Below, piece by piece: positions 9,055 to 19,505 of a DNA stretch of 57,609 nt. The notes beneath the pieces were generated by a model. That model saw only the letters and a program-made list of their open reading frames with translations. It had not been told where the DNA came from and made no database searches. Position numbers and translations under genes: made by a program. The first letter of the stretch is position 1; each line of letters starts with the position of its first letter. The stretch is taken from assembly GCA_025924355.1 (NCBI GenBank), contig JAICEE010000001.1:1-57609 (forward strand), given 5' to 3'. This DNA comes from Nitrososphaera sp. (GTDB taxonomy: Archaea; Thermoproteota; Nitrososphaeria; Nitrososphaerales; Nitrososphaeraceae).

Positions 9055-9927
9055 GTGATGCATAATAAAACAGGTGTGTCTTTAAGGGATCAGCTCGACG
9101 ACAGAAATAAGATTCTTGTGCTGCCTGGCGTTTTTGACGCGCTAAGTGCGAAAATGGCAGAATATGTGGGGTTTAACGCGATGTTTCAGACAGGATATGG
9201 CTCATCTGCAGCGCTACTTGGAATGCCGGACTTTGGATTACTAAACTCAGGCGAAACAGTTGATAACGCTATGAGGATAATCCGAGCAGTAAGGGTTCCA
9301 GTCCTTGTTGATGCTGACACAGGATATGGCAATCCTCTCAACGTTTGGCGGCTTGTCAGAGACCTTGAAAGCTTGGGTGCTGCAGGTATCTTTCTTGAAG
9401 ATCAAGTCTGGCCAAAGAGATGCGGTCATATGGTAGGTAAAGATGTCATACCAAAGGATGAATACATTACTAAACTCAAGGCAGCCTTAGAAGCGCGACA
9501 GAGCAAGGACTTTATCATTGTTGCAAGGACTGATGCCCGTGCGCCAATAGGACTCGAGGAAGCAATCGAGCGTGGCAAAGCTTATAGAAAGGCTGGCGCT
9601 GACGTCATATTTGTTGAAGCGCCCCGCTCAGTTGAAGAGTTGAAAAAGGTGGCCGATGAAATAGACGCGCCCTTGGTTGCAAATATGATAGAGGATGGAG
9701 TGACCCCAAACCTATCTGCAAACGAGCTTCTAAAACTTGGCTACCAGATCGCAGTTTTTCCTCTGTCAGCAATCTATGGTGCCACATTCGCGATGAGAAA
9801 AGTGCTCACAGAGTTAAAAAATACTGGCACAACTAAAGACGCTCGCAACATTATGGTTACCTTCAAAGACTTTAACCAATTTATGAATCTGGATCACTTT
9901 GTAGACCTCGAAAGGAGGTACGCTTGA
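9055..9927 (+). CDS. Isocitrate lyase/PEP mutase family enzyme (PrpB-like)
   Basis: DADTGYG, EDQ..PKRCGH, VARTDAR, GADVIFVEA. Confidence 0.9.
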   Translation: MMHNKTGVSLRDQLDDRNKILVLPGVFDALSAKMAEYVGFNAMFQTGYGSSAALLGMPDFGLLNSGETVDNAMRIIRAVRVPVLVDADTGYGNPLNVWRLVRDLESLGAAGIFLEDQVWPKRCGHMVGKDVIPKDEYITKLKAALEARQSKDFIIVARTDARAPIGLEEAIERGKAYRKAGADVIFVEAPRSVEELKKVADEIDAPLVANMIEDGVTPNLSANELLKLGYQIAVFPLSAIYGATFAMRKVLTELKNTGTTKDARNIMVTFKDFNQFMNLDHFVDLERRYA

Positions 9928-10106
9928 TATTTTCATATTATGGAGTGGTTAGTCCTTAAGAATTTCACATCCTGGTTTACCATGAAATCGACGCTAGCCT
10001 GCGTCATCTCGAGTTTTTTCATTGCCCTGAGAAAGCGCAGAAGTGTCATCTCTTCATATGAGCGTGTGGGTGTAATGCATTTGTGGTGTATGATAGCCTT
10101 AAGGCC

Positions 10107-11546
10107 TCATCTTTTTTGAATATTTTCAATCCTAAAACTTATCTGCTGATTCCCTTCAGCCTTTATCAAATAGACGTGGTGCCCTTGTTGTTTCAACCCT
10201 TCAGCAAGAGCCAAAGGATCATCTGAGAAGTGATATATCCTGTCATCTCTTAGATACAATTCCATGAAACCTCGCCATTGTGGTTCACCTACAATAATGG
10301 CATTATGCTCAGTAATTTCGTTTATCCGTGCAATTGCCAATAATAGATTGTTGTTATCTTGTATATCGAGTGAATTAAACTGCATTGTCACAGGGGCAAA
10401 GTATGTGATATAATTTCGTACAGCGCCATAGAGGATAAATGGACTGTCGTAGGGCATTAGTGCATAGGCCAAGCCTATCACGGCGAATGCTGCAATTATC
10501 GAGCAGGCAACTATCGCAGATAGATTAGACTTGAGCATGTTGACAAGACGCAAGCTGCCGTAGCCGGCAAAGATGGAGAGGAAAATACCTGTTAAGATTA
10601 TCCATCTATCAGCAGCAAGCAAATTATTTTCTGGTAATAGTAGCCATGAGAATGACCCTGCAAGAGAAACAAGCAGTGGAATTTTAAGCAGTATGTTTTG
10701 CATGTGCAAAAAACCAATTGTTGCAGGGACAGCGACTAAGCAGTTTACTACAAGAAAAAAGATAAGAAGGTTTTCTTGACTGTAAAATTCAGGTGTGTTA
10801 ATCTCTGATATCCTACCTGTGATTGTGTTAGCGTTAGGATAACCTGTCTGATAACTTGTAACCATTAACATAGAGAACAGGCTTATGGCAAGAATGGCAA
10901 TCAAAACTACATCCTTACGTCTAGTTATGATGAAATAGGCTGCCAGTGAAACACACAATAGTGCTCCTATCATTCTGTCTGCTGCGACAGCGATTGCAGT
11001 CAAAACTAGCGTTATTGGCAGCACCTTCCAGCCTGTGTCGTTTCTGCCAAGAAGGCAAAAGATAAAGAGCATGGCTGCCAGTGCCATGACATCTCTGTGG
11101 AGATCCCAAAAAGTTCGGAGCACTGCCATCTGAAGAACCGTGAAAGTAGCCAGAAAGATACTTTGAATTATTTGAAGGTTAAGCAGAGTCCTTCCGATGA
11201 AAAATAACGACACGCCAAAAATGCCAGCCATCGCTACGCCTACAGATGTAACTACCGCCGGTGGTGAAAGTCCAATTGGAGTGCTTAAAGAGTAAAGAAA
11301 AGTCAGATATAACGGAAATTGCTTAGATATCGTACTCCACTGCTCCTGAAAATTTACAACTTTTGGAATGTAGTAGTTTATAACATCATATCCTATCGGA
11401 TGAGGGTAGGCCGCAACCTCTGGTATGACCCTGACTGATATACATATCACAAAGACTATTATTGCCATTTGCTTTTCATTTGCAAGAAACCTAAATTTGA
11501 AAAAGGAAAATGTATCCACAATCAAAATCTTAGGCGGCAACATCAC
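10107..11546 (-). CDS. Polytopic membrane protein, GT-C glycosyltransferase-like
   Basis: About 11-12 TM segments, PIGYDVINYY first loop, soluble C-terminal domain. Confidence 0.7.
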   Translation of the reverse strand: MMLPPKILIVDTFSFFKFRFLANEKQMAIIVFVICISVRVIPEVAAYPHPIGYDVINYYIPKVVNFQEQWSTISKQFPLYLTFLYSLSTPIGLSPPAVVTSVGVAMAGIFGVSLFFIGRTLLNLQIIQSIFLATFTVLQMAVLRTFWDLHRDVMALAAMLFIFCLLGRNDTGWKVLPITLVLTAIAVAADRMIGALLCVSLAAYFIITRRKDVVLIAILAISLFSMLMVTSYQTGYPNANTITGRISEINTPEFYSQENLLIFFLVVNCLVAVPATIGFLHMQNILLKIPLLVSLAGSFSWLLLPENNLLAADRWIILTGIFLSIFAGYGSLRLVNMLKSNLSAIVACSIIAAFAVIGLAYALMPYDSPFILYGAVRNYITYFAPVTMQFNSLDIQDNNNLLLAIARINEITEHNAIIVGEPQWRGFMELYLRDDRIYHFSDDPLALAEGLKQQGHHVYLIKAEGNQQISFRIENIQKR

Positions 11547-11794
11547 TTTTTTCAGTTATTGTTTATGTATCAGAGAAGAAAGCCTAGAAAGTGAGATTTG
11601 AGAGAAAGAGACAAAAGGTCATTCCGCAGATTCCAGTAGGAAAACTAAGCTCCAATCCAAATTTTGTAAGCTCAAATAAGATGAATCTTAGCAGTGATGG
11701 AGCCAAGCAAGGCAGAACATATTTTGACTCTAGCAGTCGTGAAAAAATTCTTGCTGCTCTAAAGCCCGCAAGTTGTTTTATCTAATCTGCGCTA

Positions 11795-12826
11795 TTATAA
11801 AGCGTTTACAAGGCGGGTCATCTTTTCGAGGCTGATCTCAAAACCAAAACGCTTTTCCTCTCTCTTCATATTCCGATACATACTCATCATAAGATTAAGG
11901 TGCCGAACAGTCCTTAACTTGCCATCCATCTTGAGTCTTACGATCTTGTAAACGTCGTCATAGTAATCAAAGGTATCAAGTACGTTTCTTCGATAGTGCT
12001 TGGTATCAAATTTGGCCTTGCTTCTGTCGAGAATGTCTAAAAATATATCACAGCAGATCAATGATGGAATTATTCCTTCACCCAGCATTGGGAAAACACA
12101 GCCAATAGACTCACCTACGCCTATAATGTTGCCATCATAGAATGGCTCCATGCGCTTTGATGGTGCGAGCCTAATGGGCCTGCCTATCTTTTTGACGATC
12201 CTAGCTTCAGGGTGCTGCTTGAAAAATGCTTCAATACCATAATATTTTTTCTCGATGTCTCCGGCTCCCATATAGCCTCGGCCATCATCTAAGGGAAAAT
12301 ACCAGAAATATCCTTTAGCACCTTTGTAACCGATGACATAAAAATCGTCTGCTCCCTTTACATTTTCAAGAAGGTATTCGTACGCAGGTATCAAGAAATC
12401 TTGGTCTGACTTAGGCAGAAGCGAGCGATGTAGCCCTGTACAATCAATTATGTAATCGTATTTGCCAAAGGCTAAAGTTTCTCGAGTAACCTTGACGCCA
12501 TATTTCACCTTAACATTTTTCAGCAGATCGGCCTCCCAACTGTACTTGTTATATGTCACGAGGCCTTTGAGCTCTAGAATTTCTTCATTGTTATTTGGTA
12601 ATTCTATCTTGAGCTGCTGTCCGGCATGAAAAATGTAATTGCTAAAGTCGAGCCCGGCTTGGTTAGAGAACCTCTCAAGCATGTGCTTAGATGCACCCCA
12701 CGCGCAGACGGGCCAATGGTGATCTTTTTTGGAGGACTCAAAGATGTCGACATCGTGACCTCTCTTTTGGAGCATGTTGCCAAGATAACTGCCGGCGACT
12801 CCGGCACCGGCTATTGCAAAGTTCAT
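11795..12826 (-). CDS. FAD-dependent oxidoreductase, geranylgeranyl reductase family
   Basis: GAGVAG, YFWYFP, GESIGCVFPMLGEGI. Confidence 0.85.
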   Translation of the reverse strand: MNFAIAGAGVAGSYLGNMLQKRGHDVDIFESSKKDHHWPVCAWGASKHMLERFSNQAGLDFSNYIFHAGQQLKIELPNNNEEILELKGLVTYNKYSWEADLLKNVKVKYGVKVTRETLAFGKYDYIIDCTGLHRSLLPKSDQDFLIPAYEYLLENVKGADDFYVIGYKGAKGYFWYFPLDDGRGYMGAGDIEKKYYGIEAFFKQHPEARIVKKIGRPIRLAPSKRMEPFYDGNIIGVGESIGCVFPMLGEGIIPSLICCDIFLDILDRSKAKFDTKHYRRNVLDTFDYYDDVYKIVRLKMDGKLRTVRHLNLMMSMYRNMKREEKRFGFEISLEKMTRLVNAL

Positions 12827-12851
12827 CTGGACAGAATTGTTTTTGATTTAC

Positions 12852-13025
12852 TTATAATTCTTGAGGATTATGCATATACCTATCAGCTATCCGATAGCGA
12901 ACGTACTTGTCATCGGGTGAGTACTTCGGCGGATGCGGATCTATTGTTCTAAAGTCGCATTTCGGACACTGATGTTTGAGCGTATATGTATCACAAGAAG
13001 GACACTTCCGTACAAGGTGCTTCAT
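12852..13025 (-). CDS. nop10: H/ACA RNP protein Nop10 (not in ORF track)
   Basis: Hand translation MKHLVRKCPSCDTYTLKHQCPKCDFRTIDPHPPKYSPDDKYVRYR..; canonical position after aIF2-alpha. Confidence 0.95.
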   Translation of the reverse strand: MKHLVRKCPSCDTYTLKHQCPKCDFRTIDPHPPKYSPDDKYVRYRIADRYMHNPQEL

Positions 13026-13033
13026 GCCGTATT

Positions 13034-13852
13034 CTATGCCTGCTGAAGAGTGTGAGACTTTTTTGAGTCTTGGCGCACAAAATTAAACGTGCCGTGCTGC
13101 TTTTCGATACTAACCCGCATTTTTTCAACTGTGTTGTTCATGAGTTTCTCGGCTATTTTGAAGTTCTCGGCGGCCACCACGATCCTGTAGCGAGGAGCCC
13201 CAATATACGTTATAGTACTACTTGCACTGCCCTTACTGCCCTCCGCATTTGCAAGTGTATTCTTGATAATTTCAATGCCATCTGGCTTTTTTGATGTTAT
13301 CTCCATTACACCGCTAATTTCTACAACTGGAACGGGGATCCTCTTGCTTGCTTCCTCTATTGCCTTTTTTATCTCAGGAGAGAGGTCAATATTCTGGATG
13401 GCGTCTGGCCCCTTCCTTGATACAGCTTCGAAAGCATCGTATACGTAATCATACTTTTGGAGCAATCTCTCCTCTATTTCTTGAACAGCTTGGTCTGTCA
13501 GCTTTAGTTTTGACTTAATAAAATCCAAAAATGTAGCCGCCTTATCGTTCTTTTTTACTTCTATAAGTTTGGACTTACGTTCCTCGCCCGAGATCTGCTT
13601 TAGCGAAGTATCTACTTCGCCCCTTACTTTGTTAACCCTGATTACTTTTAGAACCGCTTTTTGGTTTGGCCGGATATAGCGCTCGATATTTCTAATCCAG
13701 CCAGTTGCAATCTCAGAGAGATGGAGAAAACCGGTCATGTTATTGTATTCGTCTAGCGTGACATATGCCCCATGTCCTGTCACCTGCCTGACAGTGGCAA
13801 TTATGATCTCTCCTTCCTCAGGAAGCCTCTGAATCTCGTCCGTGGCAGCCAT
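13034..13852 (-). CDS. eif2a: Translation initiation factor 2 alpha subunit
   Basis: LPEEGE, GAYVTLDEY S1 domain, IGAPRYRI. Confidence 0.96.
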   Translation of the reverse strand: MAATDEIQRLPEEGEIIIATVRQVTGHGAYVTLDEYNNMTGFLHLSEIATGWIRNIERYIRPNQKAVLKVIRVNKVRGEVDTSLKQISGEERKSKLIEVKKNDKAATFLDFIKSKLKLTDQAVQEIEERLLQKYDYVYDAFEAVSRKGPDAIQNIDLSPEIKKAIEEASKRIPVPVVEISGVMEITSKKPDGIEIIKNTLANAEGSKGSASSTITYIGAPRYRIVVAAENFKIAEKLMNNTVEKMRVSIEKQHGTFNFVRQDSKKSHTLQQA

Positions 13853-14005
13853 TTATAATTATGATAGACACGAAGCAGATGGCTACTTTAAGATTATGTT
13901 TTAACTTTTTACACGGTATTCACTTTTGCTCCTACAATTGGTCGAAGGGGCGAGTCTTTTTGCCGACATTTTATATACACATAGTATAAGTGATAATATA
14001 AACTG

Positions 14006-14539
14006 CTAAAAGTCAATCCCTTTCTTTGCCTTTATACCCTTTTGATAAGGGTGTTTTATCTCCCTCATTTCGGTGACCAAATCTGCTGCAGCAATGACAG
14101 ATTGAGGAACATAGTTGCCTGTTAAGACGAGGCTAGTCTTTTCGGGCTTCGCAGCAATGACATCTAAAATGTCTTGCTGCGATATTAAGTTCAGTTTCAC
14201 GGCATAATTTACTTCATCCAGTATCATGATATCGTATATACCAGAAGCAATTTTTTGCTTTGCAAGTGCAATTGCCTGCTTTGCCGCGCTCTGGTGGTCT
14301 TCTATTGGATGGTCGTCGTCAATTATGCCAACGAAACCTCTACCAGCTGCTATCATCTCAAATTCGGGCTCAAGCCTCTTTGAGCTTGTGAGCTCACCGT
14401 AGTACCACTCGCCCTTGATGAACTGGATCATACCGACTTTGTATCCGTGGCCAACGGCACGCAATACGATTCCTAGCGCGGCAGTAGTCTTGCCCTTACC
14501 CTTTCCAGTGTAGACAATTACAAGGCCTCTTTCTAGCAT
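14006..14539 (-). CDS. cobO: Cob(I)yrinic acid a,c-diamide adenosyltransferase
   Basis: YTGKGKGKTTAALG, QFIKG, ILDE, ADLVTEM..IKHP. Confidence 0.95.
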   Translation of the reverse strand: MLERGLVIVYTGKGKGKTTAALGIVLRAVGHGYKVGMIQFIKGEWYYGELTSSKRLEPEFEMIAAGRGFVGIIDDDHPIEDHQSAAKQAIALAKQKIASGIYDIMILDEVNYAVKLNLISQQDILDVIAAKPEKTSLVLTGNYVPQSVIAAADLVTEMREIKHPYQKGIKAKKGIDF

Positions 14540-14907
14540 CTGTCAGCAGATGATAAAAATGTGTGAAAATAAAAATCAATCGAGCACTTTCATTAGACAT
14601 ATATGCTTTGTTGTTCCTTTTATAAGGAACCCTTGGACAATTTTTTCTTGTCTCTTTGTCCATAGATTGCTTTATTCCTTTGGTTGTTGCTGATCTGTAA
14701 AACGCTGGTTGAAGAAAGCCTATGGCGACTGCCAGTCTTTTTATAGATGTTATAGTTTCAGCCAAGTCCATTCTGGATTACAATTGACGTATAGTTGTCC
14801 AAGATGTCTCTTCGTCACATTATTTGCCAAATGATAACATGTAAAAAGGCAATTTGAGCTATCTCAAGACTAAAAACTAAAATTAAAATCAATTTAACCG
14901 ATCGTTA

Positions 14908-16275
14908 ATGCACATATCACGGATAGTCATTGCAGGAGTTACAAGTGGAGTTGGTAAGACTACGGTTGCAATGGGTGTCATGTATGGCCTAAGCCAAAGG
15001 GGTTTGCGAGTCCAACCCTTCAAGGTTGGTCCAGACTTTATTGATCCTTCTTATCATACTCTTATAACAAACAGGAATTCGCGCAATCTGGACGTCTGGA
15101 TGATGGGCAGGCAGGGAGTCCTTGATTGCTTTGCATCAGCAAGTAAAGACGCAGATATCGCAGTAGTAGAAGGCGTAATGGGATTATTTGACGGAATGTC
15201 TGGTAAGAGCAACTTTGCCAGTACAGCCCATGTGGCCAAAATTCTAGATGCACCCATAGTGCTAGTAGTTGATGCAAGCAAGGGCGCACGATCTATAGCT
15301 GCTATCATACTAGGCTTTTTGCACTTCGATAGAAAACTGCGTATAGCAGCTGTCATCCTGAACCATGTTGCAGGACAAAGGCATGCCAACTACATTACTG
15401 AGGCTCTTGTAGGGAAAGTCAAGGTTCCAGTAATAGGAGTGCTCACTCGCAATAGTAAGATCAAAATGGAAGAGCGACACCTTGGACTAGTCCCTGCATT
15501 AGAAATGAGTGGTACTAGAAATCAGGTGATAACTCGTACAGCAAGACAGGTTGCAGAATGTATTGACCTCGATAAATTAATGAGCCTATGTAGCATGACT
15601 TCACTCCCTGATGCTCGTGATTACCCAAAGCTGCCAGCCAGAGCAAATATTGCCGTAGCCCTCGATGAATCATTCAACTTCTACTACATAGACAACTTTA
15701 TTGCTTTGAGAAGCAGCGGAGCACGGCTTGTTTTTTTTAGCCCAATTAAAGAGCAAAAGCTGCCAGACGGCGTGCATGGATTAATGATCGGAGGAGGTTT
15801 TCCTGAGGTGCTTGCAGACAGACTCGAGAAGAACAGATCAATGGTGCGGTCAATCAGGAAGGCAGTCGATGAAGGTATGCCTCTCTATGCAGAGTGTGGA
15901 GGACTGATGTACCTAACCCGGTCGATAAGTGGTTACAAGGGTGAGAAAAAGGCAAGGAAGATGGCTAGTATTATAGAAGCAGATACCCTGATGACAGGCA
16001 GGCTGACTCTAAACTATACTGCCGCAAAGTGCAACGGTTCGATATTTGGCAACATGCATCTTCGAGGACACGAATTCCATTATTCTTCAATTGAAAATAT
16101 AGCAGGCGATTTGAGATTTGCCTATTCAATGAGAAAAGGCAGGGGAGTTACAGGCAATCAGGATGGCTTTGTCATAAATGATAACGGTCTGGCAGCCTAC
16201 ATGCACTTGCATTTTGCAAACAGGAAATTGCCCGAGCGGATGGTGCTCTCTTGTGTCAGATTTTCACGCAGATGA
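14908..16275 (+). CDS. cbiA: Cobyrinate a,c-diamide synthase
   Basis: SGVGKTT, FKVGPDFIDP, EGVMGLFDG, ERHLGL, AECGGLMYL, GHEFHYS. Confidence 0.96.
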   Translation: MHISRIVIAGVTSGVGKTTVAMGVMYGLSQRGLRVQPFKVGPDFIDPSYHTLITNRNSRNLDVWMMGRQGVLDCFASASKDADIAVVEGVMGLFDGMSGKSNFASTAHVAKILDAPIVLVVDASKGARSIAAIILGFLHFDRKLRIAAVILNHVAGQRHANYITEALVGKVKVPVIGVLTRNSKIKMEERHLGLVPALEMSGTRNQVITRTARQVAECIDLDKLMSLCSMTSLPDARDYPKLPARANIAVALDESFNFYYIDNFIALRSSGARLVFFSPIKEQKLPDGVHGLMIGGGFPEVLADRLEKNRSMVRSIRKAVDEGMPLYAECGGLMYLTRSISGYKGEKKARKMASIIEADTLMTGRLTLNYTAAKCNGSIFGNMHLRGHEFHYSSIENIAGDLRFAYSMRKGRGVTGNQDGFVINDNGLAAYMHLHFANRKLPERMVLSCVRFSRR

Positions 16276-16905
16276 CTTTTTGCTCTGATAGAGCAGCATT
16301 ATGGCATTTATTATTGAAGACACTGCAGAACTGCCGCCTTTCCTTCCGACATTTGTTATAAAAGGCAGGTCATTCATTTTCGCAAGTTCTTCTTTTGATT
16401 CAGCGGCAGATACAAAGCCTACTGGTATCCCAACTACAAGAGCAGGTTTTGTAACGCCTTCTCTTACCATATTGATCACCTCGTACAGAGCCGTAGGAGC
16501 GTTTCCTATCGCAATAATACCGCCTTCCATGTCCTTTGCAGCTCGCCGCATGGCGGTCTCTGACCTTGTCTTACCCGACCTGCGTGCCTGCTCTGCGACA
16601 AAAGAGTCAGAGATATAACACACTGCCTTGAGCCCCAGGTCAATTATTGATTTCTTGCTTATTGCGGCAAGCGCCATATCTACATCTGTAACAATTGTGC
16701 ACCTCTCTCTGAGAGCATTGAAAGCAGACTCGATGGCCTTTTTATGAAAGATGATTTTTCCCTTGTCTGCAAAGTCAAAGTCTGCTGTTGCGTGGATCAC
16801 ACGTCTTACAACGACCCATTCGTTTTCGTTGTACTGATGGTTACCTACCTCTGATTCTATGATGTCAAAGCTTCTTTTCTCAATGTCAAAAGCCTTTTCC
16901 GACAT
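16264..16905 (-). CDS. cbiC: Cobalt-precorrin-8 methylmutase
   Basis: IEKRSFDII, RVIHATADFD, IGNAPTAL, PVGFV, GRKGGS; start placed at MSEK (ORF is open to 16983). Confidence 0.94.
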   Translation of the reverse strand: MSEKAFDIEKRSFDIIESEVGNHQYNENEWVVVRRVIHATADFDFADKGKIIFHKKAIESAFNALRERCTIVTDVDMALAAISKKSIIDLGLKAVCYISDSFVAEQARRSGKTRSETAMRRAAKDMEGGIIAIGNAPTALYEVINMVREGVTKPALVVGIPVGFVSAAESKEELAKMNDLPFITNVGRKGGSSAVSSIINAIMLLYQSKKSSA

Positions 16906-16960
16906 AGCCCTGCCGGTAGCAGTCCCGCTATGTTGATTGCGGTAGGAGGGGTCGTTGTCC

Positions 16961-17719
16961 TTATAGCCCAAGCCGTTTCTCAACCTCGCTTGCTCTTTCT
17001 AAGATGATATCGACTAGTTTTTGGTCAACTCCTAGGTGCTGGCCCATGAATATGTTCCTAAAGTTGTATTTGTCGAGGGCCGCATTAAGGTCCTTTATCA
17101 CATCCCTTTTGATGTGCGCTCCCTTGTGCAAAAAGTATGGCACAATCAGTATTACCTGTGGATTCCCTGCAACCGCCCGCCCTATGCCCTCTTCGATATT
17201 TGGCCGGTCGAGCTCAAGAAAGCAAAATTCCACCTTGCGATAATACTGCGTAATAGAGTTCGCAACATACACAAACGCGTCATGGGCATTCTTGTCGCTG
17301 CTTCCATGGCCTATCAATACTACGTCACATTCCCTGTCCGGTTGGCTAATGGACTTGCTCTTTTTCAGCTCATTTATCCTGTCAATTATCAGGTGCACCA
17401 TCATTGGATGGTAAGAGAGGGGCTTTGTTATCACTAGCTTCAGGTTTTTGTCTCTACCTATCTTGGCACTCTGCTTGACAGTGTCTTTTAACTTCATTCC
17501 AGGGTACAGAAAATATGGCATTACAGTGATAAAGCTCGTCCCCGCTGCCATGCACTGGCTGATTCCTTCGGCAATGAATGGCGGCAATACCTCAAGGAAG
17601 GAATAATCTACATGGTCGTACCTTGCCCGTTGCTTTGCTAACAAGCAAATCTGTTCGAGCTCGTACCTTACGTCGGGCTCCCTACTTCCTCTGTCTACTA
17701 TCAAAAGCGCCTTTTTCAA
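16961..17719 (-). CDS. cbiX: Sirohydrochlorin cobaltochelatase, two-domain CbiX
   Basis: Duplicated CbiX units; GHGS and PYFLHKGAH in the second domain. Confidence 0.9.
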   Translation of the reverse strand: MKKALLIVDRGSREPDVRYELEQICLLAKQRARYDHVDYSFLEVLPPFIAEGISQCMAAGTSFITVMPYFLYPGMKLKDTVKQSAKIGRDKNLKLVITKPLSYHPMMVHLIIDRINELKKSKSISQPDRECDVVLIGHGSSDKNAHDAFVYVANSITQYYRKVEFCFLELDRPNIEEGIGRAVAGNPQVILIVPYFLHKGAHIKRDVIKDLNAALDKYNFRNIFMGQHLGVDQKLVDIILERASEVEKRLGL

Positions 17720-17995
17720 CTGTGTATATGTGCACAGATAATTTGGCGGGCTAAAATATCTTTCAGTATGCAGGCCTTGGTACGATGAGTGCGTATATGA
17801 ATATACCCACCTTTCGATACCTTCACGAAACCGGCAATTTTTTGATGTTCCAGATTATTACAGTAGAGAACAGGCGGCAACCAATATTATTATTTTTACC
17901 CTCTTGTTATTTGCATTTTCAATCAAGGTGGCTCAAGCTAGCTATTTCCTTTATAGTAGCTTTGCTTGCCAGATCCAAAAAAAGCTGGCTAAGGC

Positions 17996-18226
17996 CTACG
18001 CGATTTTGTACCTTTGAACTTCCGAAAATGGTATCGAAAGGTAAAGTTCTGATCCATCAAAACCTTCTACTGTGGCCTTTGGAATATTGTATTCCCTGCT
18101 GGCACCTTGCATTACAGTAAATGTCTCACCTGATTCAGAAATGACGTTTCCAATATCAATCCGGTCTTTGGAACGTACATTTTTGTGAATAACACGCTCC
18201 CAGTGTTGTATTACTGGTTCAGACAT
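17996..18226 (-). CDS. Small PRC-barrel-like protein
   Basis: VIHKNVRSKD..DIGNV..YNIPK..VEGFDGSEL pattern; T-run after the stop on the minus strand. Confidence 0.75.
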   Translation of the reverse strand: MSEPVIQHWERVIHKNVRSKDRIDIGNVISESGETFTVMQGASREYNIPKATVEGFDGSELYLSIPFSEVQRYKIA

Positions 18227-18342
18227 TGTCCGTCAAAATTATAATACAAAGAACTCATATTTAAAATTAATTAATCGTTTCCGGCCAATTGTCATATTTA
18301 TCCATAAAAGACCAGAATTACGTACAAAATTTGTATACTCTA

Positions 18343-19407
18343 TCATTGATGATAAATGCGTGATACGGCAATTGTTAGGTTGGGGGGAAGCTTTTGCTTT
18401 GGCACTACAAGCTCGCCCTTCGAGCTGAGAAGTGATGAGGCTTCAGATACACTCGACGTTCCTTCGAACTTCTGGACAGTTGCCGATGGGTTGGGCACGT
18501 CCACGGACGCAAGTCTATCTTTCTCATAGATTTCGACGGGTATACCGTGTTGTATAGAGAATTCTTCAAGTCCCTTTACCTTTGCTTTGCGATTAATTGA
18601 TGCAAGGTTCCTGATGCTTTGAAAGGAGAGCCCATTTTCTTTGAAAACTGTGTCGATGCCAGACTTTATTGTTTCTTTGCTTGTGTCCCAATGCAAGCCT
18701 ATCCCAACTACCAGTGACTTGGGCCGATAAATAACCGACTTGCTTATGATACTTTGGTCTAAGACTACTCTGTCAGAAATTATAAGCCCTGCCTTGAATT
18801 CCTGAGATTTTATTTTATCAATGCTGTCTATGATGGTAACATTTTTTGGAAGCTGCGCAATCCACCAGTTCCTTTCACCTGCGTCTTGATATATCGCAAT
18901 TTTTTCTTCATTAACCATGAATGCACTTACCTTAGTCACATTCTCAAAATTTTCAATTGTCCAACCAAACTCCCTTCCTATAAGGTCAACTGCGATGGTC
19001 TCATTGACGTCTGCAGCAGTTGTGATTACCGGCTGTGCACCAAGAAATGAGGCCACTAACCTTGCAAGTGCATTTGCTCCTCCAAGATGTCCTGAGAGTG
19101 CGCTTATGACATTATTTGCTCTGTCATCGATGACTAGCACAGCCGGATCGCTCTTTTTATCAATGAGGTACGGCGCCACCATTCTGATGACCGCTCCAAG
19201 AGAAAATATGCAGATCAGGGCGTCATAACTCTTGAAAAGTTTGCCGACAAGCTTCGTGCTTTGCTCGATAAACCAGATGATGTCATTGCCACCGTCATTA
19301 TGCTTTGCTGGCACATATATCTCCACTTCGGGCATCTTTTGTTTTATCCTGCGGGCTATTTCTATGCCGTGCCTCGTGATAGCGAGAATAGCCATTTTTA
19401 TAACCAT
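18343..19407 (-). CDS. cbiG: Cobalt-precorrin-5A hydrolase
   Basis: KKSDPAVLVID, LSGHLGGAN, PVITTA, VVGIG, SVSEAS. Confidence 0.93.
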   Translation of the reverse strand: MVIKMAILAITRHGIEIARRIKQKMPEVEIYVPAKHNDGGNDIIWFIEQSTKLVGKLFKSYDALICIFSLGAVIRMVAPYLIDKKSDPAVLVIDDRANNVISALSGHLGGANALARLVASFLGAQPVITTAADVNETIAVDLIGREFGWTIENFENVTKVSAFMVNEEKIAIYQDAGERNWWIAQLPKNVTIIDSIDKIKSQEFKAGLIISDRVVLDQSIISKSVIYRPKSLVVGIGLHWDTSKETIKSGIDTVFKENGLSFQSIRNLASINRKAKVKGLEEFSIQHGIPVEIYEKDRLASVDVPNPSATVQKFEGTSSVSEASSLLSSKGELVVPKQKLPPNLTIAVSRIYHQ

Positions 19408-19505
19408 AAGGCAACATTAGCAGAAATTAAAAGGGGAAATAATCTTTTGCATGTCAGCAAACGATAATAGATAATAGAGTCATGTTTCCTTGATGAGATA
19501 AGAGT

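Noticed and set aside
9933-10100. Open minus-strand frame (..MTLLRFLRAMKKLEMTQASVDFMV..)
   Set aside because: Short, start ambiguous, no motif
14496-14900. 91-aa ORF and CTTGGACAA/TTGTCCAAG inverted repeat between cobO and cbiA; possible cobalamin riboswitch or MITE
   Set aside because: No B12-box consensus or target-site duplication seen; a 9-bp match can arise by chance
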